From contig NW_003314320.1 in NCBI RefSeq assembly GCF_000143415.4, positions 815,159 through 879,158 of the forward strand: 64,000 nt of DNA, given 5' to 3'. The position numbers and the translations under genes are program-made. The notes below the pieces were generated by a model. It had not been told where the DNA came from. It made no database searches and saw only the letters and a program-made list of their open reading frames with translations. This DNA is from Selaginella moellendorffii (Eukaryota > Plantae > Lycopodiophyta). Shown here in pieces: positions 26,741 through 37,400 of this stretch (position 1 is the first letter of the stretch; the number at the start of each line of letters is the position of its first letter).

Positions 26741-28324
26741 TATTTGAAAATGACGTGAAATTATACGTTTTTTGTCTAGAGGGCTAGACATATCTGGGGC
26801 ATGGTGACTAGCGCGGTGACTTTATGTCCAGACTGAGTCCATCTGGTTGTATAATAAATCTCATTGTCAAGGTGAACAAGCCGAATCTGAAGTTAAAGAA
26901 GAGCGATGGCATGCACGCACACACTATTTGTTTGTTCATTGAGCGTGTGGTGAGCTTTCCAAGATGAACGTCATTCCTATTAGCCAGACATATAACTTAA
27001 TGGTGAGAACATTTAGATATTATTCAATGTTATCTTTTTCTAACGAATCTAATTGTGAAGGTGTAGCAAAAGGCATTGCTAGTCTGGAGAAGTCATTTAA
27101 CTCATTTGACCCTTAGTGTATTTTCATGAAACTAAATAACATTCATATTATTAAGGAATTTCTCTAGTACCTTTTTTTTACGACATAGAGGCTTGCATTT
27201 CTTTCAAAGGTGATTTAGTAAAAGGCCTGAGGGCACATGCCATTCTATTTCTCAGACCGGTATTAAAATATACTAGTGCAAAGGGAAAAAGGTATTTGGT
27301 GATCAAGTAAATGGCACGAGGGCACACGCCATTATAAGCCTAAGCGCTAGTGGACACCTCCTTTTTGGTACTCTCAGCGGTACTATCATCCTTCTCCGGG
27401 TCAGTTGTTTTGCTTTGGATTGTTGTCTCTGACGTTACTGGGGCGTTCTCGATAGTTGTTAATGTTGCCGTTTGTTCAAAAAAATGATCACCTAGAGTAT
27501 AGTACGGGGAGTTTGGAAGACTTATATATTCTACATCTTCACCTATCTCCTTCTCCATCTCCTTTTCTGCCTCACTTACAGATTTTGTGCTTGCCATGAG
27601 AACGCTCTTCACCCTAAAATATGGAGTTCGTTGTGTTATAAAAGGAAACCAACACACACGTTGCAAGGGAATGATGGTACATAAAACACGTAAGCCCACA
27701 ATATGGGTTTATGTGCCATTAATATGGGCCACACGCCATATTATTAGATTTATGCACGTGTGATTGGTAAATGCATATGTCATATCATCTTTGTTTTACC
27801 TCACACACTATATCAGGCCTAATGAACCATATCACATGTGCGCACATGCTATATATATGGAGAAGTATTATGCAAGGATAGAAAAATTCAATGCATGATT
27901 GTGGAGAGCAATGGCATGAAGCCACATGCTAAATAACATTTTAGAGAAAGAATTAAAATAAAAACATGCAAACAGTACTGAGTGGACCAAGACTTAGAAG
28001 TGCACAATTGAATGAGGTATTTCTAATAAATATTTCACTCACCTCATATAGAAATGGCTACCACTCTCAAATGGCGTATCGCCTCATACCATCACCTCGC
28101 AATTTGTTATAACAATCCGATGAATTCATATTCGGCTTGTTCACCTTAAACTTTAAGTAAGATTTGCTAGAACAACTAAGAATTTATACTTGTTATTTGT
28201 ATCATCTCACCTAGGAATGGCGTAAGGCCACATGCCATCACGCCTCCTCTGATTCAGATTTGGATTGTTCACCTTGAAATAAAATACATTAGAAACTTAG
28301 TAAAGGAATATTAATGAATCTCAC

Positions 28325-31300
28325 CTTGAACCCGGGTTATGAATGCTCTTGCTACATCTCTTGCATGGTCTGGCAAGGTGATGGTGGCACTCTACTTCCG
28401 CATCCAACCATGCACAACATTATCCACCGATATGCTCATGCTGGGATCCCTTGGATTCAGCACCCATCTCTTTTCTAGGCAATCCTTCGTATATCCGGAA
28501 CTTGGCTTGAACCACTCCACAGTTACATTGAAGGAGTTAGTTTCCGCGTCCTCCTCTGCATCAGTGATGCAGCGCCCCACCCATATCATTTGTTTTTTAT
28601 TACTGGGTCTGACAAGCACGACCATTCCTTTGCAGACCTGTACTGGATTGAATGCTGAATCCGGCTTCTTGTTCCTCGGCCCACAATAGTGATCCTCAAC
28701 ATCGTTATCTGTCACTGTATTTCCAGAGGACATTGTTCCGCTACTATTTGGTGCTCTGGGTTCTGGCCAAAAGGACTCTTCCAATTCTTCATATACAACC
28801 GGCCCATTTTGGATAGCAGATATAATCTTCTCCCAGTATTCAAGCAAAGGCTTGCACCTCTGAAAATAGGATTCTCCACCAAACACCAACCCCCTCTTCC
28901 AGAAGGCAATATGCTGTCTAATCCCGGCCACTATACTTTCCTGGTCTTTGAGTCCATCCGGGTGCATCGGCCGTGGGGAACCCTGAGGAATCATAGGTTC
29001 CCCAGTTATGGGATCTCTCTTGAAGAGTTCAATGTCGTCCACTGGCAGCCACACTATGTCCCATTCTCTCATCTTGTACCTCATCACTGGAGCACCGTCA
29101 CACATGCTAAAATGAAATTGAAGAGGCTTCGAGTGGCCAATCAACGTTTCGGATCTGTCCCTGATGGAGCCTCTTACAAACCTCTTAAAGTCTGGAACCT
29201 CTGTCAGAAGTGTAGCTTCAACAGTGCCTTTGATGCAATTTTGGAATTCATCGTAGAGTTGTGGGAGGGTGAGGACATTGGATCGCCGGAGGGACTCTGC
29301 CAGGTGACTGAACATGGCATCGACGTCTTCATGAGTGTGCCCAACCATGAGAAAGCCAAGTGTAACCGTTTCAAATATGCCTTTGGCAACAAGCATCACC
29401 AAGTACGCGAAGACATACATGTTTTTGTTCTCACTGCCAGCATTGTCTGTTTGGAGCAGAAGATGGGGTGGAAGGCCACATCGGCCGCAAGAACTACCTT
29501 GAGATTCTGCTTCGTTTGGATGAGGCTGTGCATTCACCAGGCGACCAGCCTCGTCGGAATGGCATGAGGCCTTACGTGATAACCCTACAATTTGACGGCC
29601 AACATATTCACTGGGATGGCATGGGGCCCTACGCGATACTGCAAGCCTTTGCTCCTCCTCCAGCTGAACCCTGTATGGGGTTCGATTGACAAGGGCCTTA
29701 TGCAAGGGTTGGCCGTTCAGCTCAGTCTGCGCATTTTGCAGAGACCTTAAGTGTTTTGCTAGGGACGCAATCATCATGTTTGCACCCCCGCCACCCCATA
29801 GAGGTACAAAGAAGTTCCCATAGTTCTGGGCACCATGCCCATGAGCAATTATGCCAAACAGAGACACAGGCAGCTGTATGGATGAAGAGATTGCCTTAGG
29901 GGCAGGATTGAGTCGAGGTAAGCACGTCTTTTTCTAGTCCATTTTGTCGTGGATGATGCAGAGGTAAGAGTCAGGTCTCTCCATGGAGAGAATCCTGTTA
30001 TGATAATATGCAGTTCTGCAGCTTCTCTACTCGATGTTGTGGTCGAGCCGCCTTCTAACTAACGTCTCTCGCTCTTGAGCGCTGCAAGAATTCTTTGACA
30101 AAGCCATTTTGATAGCAGTGCACTCGTCACACTTTGAAAAGCTGGAGTACTTTCCTATACTCACATCCCTGAACCTGTTGCTCCACAATCTACTAAATCT
30201 AGATTGGCTCAGCTTCCTGTAGCCATTACTCTGGAGTTCCCGATTCACATCTTCCAATATGGCCCCCTTGGTATACATGGAAGGGAGAACTCGTTGGGTG
30301 TCTCGTGTTCCATCTTCCAAGAGGCGGGTTTTATGTGGTTGTTGCACGCTACATGTCTCAACAAACCTCTTGAAGATTGCCTCTCCATATACAACATGAC
30401 CCCTGGTTTTGTGCGTACCGTCGTTCCCATGGACTGCCTGTTGAACCCTTTGTTCCTCGAACTCAGTTTTGATTCTGTAGAATGTGGTTCGAGGGACTCC
30501 ATAAATGATTCTCCATGCCTTCATGCAGACCAAACCCCTCTGGAAGACCATGCCCCCCACCTGATGTTCTGAAGCATCAACAGATGACCGTAATGCCTCA
30601 TACACAAAATTGCGAGCTGCCTTCCAGGACAATGTCTTGTATCTTGCTCTCTCCTCTTCAATAGCATCCCAATCAGCATGTTGACAGCACCTCCTTTTGC
30701 AACAAGCAACTGTTGAGACCATTCGAACCTCCATCGCCATTTTCTGCCTTTTCAGTTCGTTGCTCAGATCCCTTTGGCTGCGCTTTAGGAAGGTGTACTT
30801 TCTTTTCCCATGAAGAGATGTTCTGTCATCAGTTGTAGTGGTGTTTGATTGTGAATCCTTCACATTCTCAAACACTAAGTGCCTCAATTTCCACCGCACA
30901 ATGCTTCCAATAGTCAGACTGTTTTCTTCTGTGTCAACAACCTCTAAAATCGCAACTCCAATATCATCCCAGCCCAATTCTTGATTAGCAACCGCATCTC
31001 TTGGATCGACAACTGTGGCTAAGCCCTCAGCTACCACCTCCCCCTCGGGGTTGTTTAGAAACACCTTTGCCTGAATCCATGTAGCACGGTTCTTAAGATC
31101 CACGGAGGGAACATGCGTCGCACTTGCGCTGTCCCTAACATCTACTTTCTTCTGAAGATTTTTCAAGGCAACAACAACATTTACCCCGACGACCATCTCT
31201 CCTCGTTCAATAGCGACCACATTCCCATCGAAGACAGTCTCTACTGATACAGCAGCATTGCCTTCCCCAAACCTTTGACAGTGTATAACAAAGTTCCGAT

Positions 31301-31379
31301 CCATAGACACAAGGGTCCCTTTTGCAACTCTCTTCCCACCATTCAAAATGTAAACCTTTTCCCCAACCCTGAAGGCCAT
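28325..31379 (-). pseudogene. Sola-like (DUF7869-type) DDD/E transposase, ~1000 codons in one frame, with three premature TAG stops
   Basis: Motifs CCKRRCC, VCMKAWRIIYG, HGN, FSKCDEC, CIIHDKMD(*)KKT.LP, LLLQTDNAGSENKN, FLMVGHTHEDVDAMFS; stops at 30027, 29934 and 28392; splice acceptor just before ATG 31379; donor at 28324. Confidence 0.8.
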
Positions 31380-31567
31380 TCTGAAAGTGCAGAAAAGAAG
31401 TTAAGACCATACAAAAAATGATTGGAGAATGGCCTAAATCATAACATACCAAACAACCTCAATAGCATGAGGCCACATGCCATTATTCAAACATGCTATT
31501 GACACCCACGTGAAATTTCGCATTCACAAAATTGGCATGAGCCCTCATGCCATTAGTGGTACCACTA

Positions 31568-31759
31568 ATGGCATGAGGCCTCACGCTATCTTTGGCCCCT
31601 GCTAGCCTGTTGCTATATTCCTTTTGCCTTGCTACAACTGTATATATTTTTGTGTGCGTGACTAGTCACCCATACAAAAATATATACAGTTGCAGCAAGG
31701 CAAAAGGAATATGGCAATAGGCTAGCAGGGGCCAAAGATGGTATGAGGCCTCATGCCAT
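31568..31759. repeat. 192-bp near-perfect inverted repeat capped at each end by a 22-bp palindrome
   Basis: Arms TTTGGCCCCTGCTAGCCT...TATATATTTTTG and CAAAAATATATA...AGGCTAGCAGGGGCCAAA; centre GTGACTAGTCAC at 31663/31664. Confidence 0.95.
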
Positions 31760-32447
31760 CTTGATAAACACACAGCTGCAGGCAAGTAAAAACATACATG
31801 ACAATACACTAGCCATGAAATTGCAAGGGCCCAAGATGGCATGTGGCCTCATGCCATTTCTAAATGTGGTCCTAAGCCATTCCATGGTGAACATACTAGG
31901 AAGCACAAGTGCCGAATATCAAGAGGAAGCGGTAGCCACACCAAAGACAGTGCCGCTCGCAACACCGCAACTACTCGTAGCGCCGCTCGCAACACCGCAA
32001 CTGCTCGTGGTGCCGCTCGCACAAACTGCCACTCGCATAAACTGCCGCTCGCAATGGCGCTCGCAATACCGCAACCGCTCGTAGACGCATAAACCACAGC
32101 TCACAATGCCGCTTACACAAGCACCGCTCACTGCGCTCAGCGAAACCAAGAACACGGCACACAAAAATGATAGACCTAGGAATGAGTTCGAGAATTCAAA
32201 AATAACACACGCTTGAACGTCACATCAAATCCTCTGACAAACCAGATCTTATGACTCCTCTGACAAATTTTAAATTGAGTAGATTCTAGACTTTGCTGTC
32301 GGAGGTTGAACTTTGTCCCATCATGTCCTTGCCTCGATCTAGCTGTGCCATGTCAGTGATTCGAACTTTGCCATGCCATGTCAGCGATCCGCGCCAAGAT
32401 TATTCGCTGTGTAAAGGAATAATTATGCTGTGTGTGTACGTCCATTT

Positions 32448-33800
32448 ATGGCAATATAAGGCCACACGCCATTCAAAGAATAATGCTAGTCGAGCATTTT
32501 TTGGTGCATTTTTGGGTTCAAAATTGCATGAGCCCACACGCTATAAAGTTTACCTATACCAAAAATAGAAACAGCTTTATTTACTTGGGAATTTAAGTGG
32601 TTGAGGCATTTTTAAACTTACAAACACATGCCCTACTTACATTCCTTTGGTTGCTTAAAATTCAAAAATATTATAAACCTTTCTTTTTGCATTTTCAATG
32701 TTTTCAATTATGGTTTTTGATTTTCACAGGACCAGCCTAGTAATCTATTTGCATCCCGTTATGTTTATAGCTAGCTTTCGTTTGTCCCCTTCGCTAGCCT
32801 GAGATACATTTGCTCGGCATTTGCCTCTTACAGCATTTGCCCAGAAAGGGCATCTTTCTTCACGCAGCATTTGCCACATGTTTAGGGTTTAGGGTTTAGG
32901 GTTTAGCAATTCAGTAGCTTGATAAACATGCAAATACAAAACTTGATGCAAAATCCTTTGATATGTCACAATGCCCCTAGGACCATAAACACATTTCAAT
33001 AGAGAGGGTCCTTTCATTTCATAACTCCTTACGTAGATCTTGGTGAAACTAGAGTTAGTGAAGTTAATTTCTTGTGATCCCGCATCTGATTGTGATGTCC
33101 CTTTGCAGTGTCGATGGAAAGGTCAATGCACACCAAACTGTAAAATCTTGGAGCAAAATAACGGTCGGATCTATGGCAAATGCCCCTGAAACATTGTAAG
33201 GCTCGTGTGGTCTCATGTGGTGTCCGATCGAGATGCTTCTTTGCAGGGTCATCAAGAAAGACATTGTATACCATTTTGTAAAATCTAGTTGCGATCTAAC
33301 GGTTGGATCTCCAGAAAACTCAAAAAAATCTCACGCTTGTCAGAATATCCTAGGAATATACTCCTATGTGCCCCTGAAAATGGCATGCGGCCTCACGCCA
33401 TTCAAGAGATAACGCCAGATGACACCGAGAATTTTTTGGTGCATTTTTTGGGTTCAAAATTGCATGAGCCCACACGCTATAAAGTTTATCTTTGCCAAAT
33501 AGAGAAAAGTTTATCTGTGTCATGTAAGGTAGTTACAGTCCTTTGTGCTCGGCATCTGCCTCTTGCAGCATTTGCACTGAAAGGGAATTTTTCTCCATTC
33601 AGCATTTGGCCCTGAAAATGGCATGCGCCCACACGCCATTCAAGGAATAACGCTACAGGACGCCTGGATTTTTGGGTTTAAAATGTTTAGGGTTTTTTGG
33701 GTTTTTTCAAAATATTTTGGGTCCAACGTTTTTTGGGTTTCTTTGGTTCAAAATTGCATGAGCCCACACGCTATAATATTGATTTGAGAGAAAAATAGAA
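32448..33800 (+). repeat. Three dispersed direct-repeat modules, each holding two palindrome copies, in the divergent intergenic region
   Basis: CACGCCATTCAA...GGTTCAAAATTGCATGAGCCCACACGCTATAA at ~32460-32570, 33380-33505 and 33618-33800. Confidence 0.85.
32881..32906 (+). repeat. Interstitial plant telomeric repeat (TTTAGGG)3 + TTTAG
   Basis: Direct read. Confidence 0.9.
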
Positions 33801-34496
33801 ACAGATAGAATTTCTTTATTTAGCTGAACATCTGCCATTTTTGGAAATACAAGATGCTTTGGAATATCCAATCATACATGGTATAAATATAGCGAGGGTA
33901 TTAAATGATATCCCAATCATGATCTTTCTTTTGGATTTCGCGTGCATGCAGTCCAAGGAATGATGACGTTGCGGATTTCTTTTGGATTTTGCGTGCTTGC
34001 ATGCGTGCGGCAATCCAGAAATTAATGGTGGCGCCCAAGTCTGAGGAATGATGACGTGGCGGGATTACCAACCGTTGTGACATTTCGCGCGTGTGAGGTT
34101 AGGTTTTGCATTTTGCTTCATCCTCGCGCTCGCACACTCGCGCTCACGCTCGCATTGCGCTCCCACTCGCGATCACGCTCACATTTGCGCTCATCTACCT
34201 TCTCTACAGGTTTCTCGTGTGCATCGGCGTCCACTCGCGCTTGCATCACACTCGCGCTCGCATCGCGCTCGTGTGCATTGGCGTCCACTTCAAGACACAC
34301 CCAGTTTGTAACTTCGCCGCCAACTCCGCCGCCACTCCGCCACCCACACGCAGCCCACTTGGCGTCCCCGGAGATTTCAGCGCCACTCTCCAATTGTTAA
34401 GTGGCAGAGTAGCCTTGCTACTACGATCCGCTGCACACACAGTGCACATTCGCCAGCGAGTCCGGCCTCGATTGTCACACCTCCATTTGGCTTCAA

Positions 34497-37400
34497 ATGG
34501 TAAGTCGTTTAGGCCAAGTAGAAAATGGCATGAGGCCACATGCCATTCAGTAGCAACATTGGCATGCACCGATTGAGCTCTCGAGTGCAGTCCGGTTACA
34601 GATGGCGTGTAGCCTCACGCCATCTTAGGATGTAGCCTCAAGACATCTGATGCAGTGGTGAATGGCGTGTGGCTTCACGTTATTTCCAGCTGCTAGCTTT
34701 TCATCTGTCAACTCTAATTGTTGTGCATTTCTGAACAGGCGAGGAATTGCGTTCTTCTTCCAGCCACTGTCAATGTGGATGTAGAGAAGGGGGAGGAGCT
34801 CACCAGTTGGACTTTCGGGATGGAAGGCGAGGATCTGAGGCTGTACAACACAGATGGTGGGAGAAAAGAATGCATGGGGATCCTCATCCAAGTGACAGAC
34901 ACTCCATGCAGTTCCATGCAAGAATATGGACTGGCACTTGTGGTAGAGACAGCGTCCGCCTTCAAGATCCACCTTGCACATCCTAGCGGCTTCCTCGAGG
35001 GGGGCAGCAGCTATGAGGAATTCCTAGAGGGAGCTAGGGAGAGGTCGTCCAGGAGGCCCACAATTTCAAAGACGCTGCGGGTCTATAAAGATCACATGGA
35101 ATCCACGGACCTCACCTATGGCGATGTTCAAAAACTATATTCCAACATTGAGCCATTGAGAGTGCCTCCAGTTCGCGAAGCAAAGGGGAAGGGGGTCGAT
35201 CTGGAAACTACCCCGAAGCAGAAAAGGGTGGTCAAGCTCAAGCCGACGTCCGACTCTGCTGCTCCAAAAAAGAAGCTACTCGGTGATGCCATTGCCTCGG
35301 GTTCGAACACTACACCCACCAAAAAGAAGAGCCGCAAAGAGCAGAAAGAGTAAGAAGAGGCAGCAAAAATCATCGCAGATAATAGTACTTGTTACTATTC
35401 CAACAAAGTATATACAATCGACATGAGCCATATCGACATCCAAAGCAAATACAACCACAGGCTAGTATCTGATGAGTGGGTGGAGAAACTAAAGCAGAAG
35501 ATGTTGGCAAGTCCAGTAACACCCGACATCGCAGACGTGATCCCCTACTACCGAACAATGAAGGGCGAGACGAGGTTTCCAGACTTGATCAATAGGAAGG
35601 TGTTGGACGATCAGAACATTCGGTTCTATGCCGTCTCCGGGCAGCATTCTAGCTTGGCGATGCAAGAGATAGTTGTGGATATTATGGTGGGCGAGGAGGT
35701 GAAGAAAGTCTTCAAGACAAAAGTTGTCTGCCTGATAAAAAGCAACTCGCCCCTCCGATCTATCATATCCATCTCCCATGCGCAGAATGTCAAGCAAGAA
35801 ACGTGCTACAAATCGGGTCTGCACGAGACATTGGCACGAACACGGAAGCTCTGGGTTCAACTGAAGAAGCCACAAAAACCAGGACAAGGACGTGCACTAG
35901 CAACTAGCGCCTGGCAGGTAAGCCTCGTTGCATGTGGTATAGCATGTGGCCTCACGCCATTTCCATTGCAGGAATTCTCGAGTCTTCTCTCGAAAACACT
36001 GGGGGTCAATGACACACTCAGCATTCATAACATTCTACTCGCGACAAAAGTTGTTTTTGACAAATGGGTAGATGTGCTGAGGAGGTACCATGACGAGGAG
36101 TTTCTAAACTCAATGGGTGTGGAGGACGGCCGGAAGCCCAATGATTTGAAGCTCAACGCCTTGCGTTTCTCGGGGTCTTTAGACGACGACGACCTTCTGA
36201 CAGTGGCTAATGCTCTTCTACGTGGTGAGGTAGTCTTCAACAAGACCAAAATGACTCCCGGCCATATTGTGACATACGAGGACTTGTGCACGACTCTGAG
36301 AGCTCGTGCGCTATTGAAGGATTGGATCTTCAATAAGTGGCCGTGGAGAGGGTGAGCATCGACACCACGCAAGAGATGATGGAAGAGCTGGACTTGTCAA
36401 ATGAAGACATCGACGACTACGTGAAGGGGGCCCCCAAGTTCATCGATCTGCTGCGGGATGCCACGAAAAGTAAAGCTGAGAAGTTGGATCAGTATCCAAA
36501 TTTCATTAAGAGGGATGTCAACCGCCGGCTTCAGAAACAGCTCGACCCCGCAGCAGAGGCCTATCGAGAACCTTACCAGGTATACGTGAATTCGGATGAG
36601 GATCAAAGGTGGAGGAGCATTGTTTCCCGCGGAGATGAGCAGGTCAAGAACATCTTTTGTGTGATGGACTTCACAAACGAGGAGATCACTCATGCAGACG
36701 AAGTCAGCTCCATCATTGACTTAATGGTGGGACTTGCGGAGGTGGAATCTTCAGTCCACTATATGATCTACGACTCCGAATCCTATCACAAGTTCTGGAA
36801 GGCCTTGAATGAGGTGAAGGCTCGGTTGAAAGGCAAGGAGATGCAGGAGATCCATGGGATAATGGCTAAGAAGAAGATACCGACGAATGTCCGCATCTTC
36901 ACACTCGCCCTTGTTATTGGTCCTGCAGCAGAGTGGGACTGGAGTGACTTCCCAGCTTCGTTCGACAAGGCTGATCGAATTGATATGAGGGAGGTCAATT
37001 TACCCGTGCTTGAGGAACTGAAGACGGCTATGGAGCTTTCGAATCCAAAGAAAGCTCCAGGTGCAGCATGGGAAATGCTCAGCTGGGTCGTCAACGCAAT
37101 AGCACCTGCTTCCGACTCCAAGGGCAAATGCGTTGTCGAGTACAATTGCGGCGGACTATTCTTTCGAGCCGCACTACTCAAGGGTGTCCCGTGTGTTGCG
37201 GTGACAAACTCCATTGAAGAGGTGACTTCAATGAAGCATATAATTACAGTTGCTAAAGAAAAACAGTATCTTCTCTGCGAACCTGGTGAGTACGCACTTT
37301 AAGTTTAAATGTTATCTCACAAGCTCTGTATGCAGGAGCGTGGCCACCCCCAGATGCTGAAACGGCGTTAACAGCTACTGTTGGGCCGAGCTCACAACCT

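Noticed and set aside
28689-29567. 292-aa plus-strand ORF
   Set aside because: Antisense shadow of the transposase with no recognisable motifs
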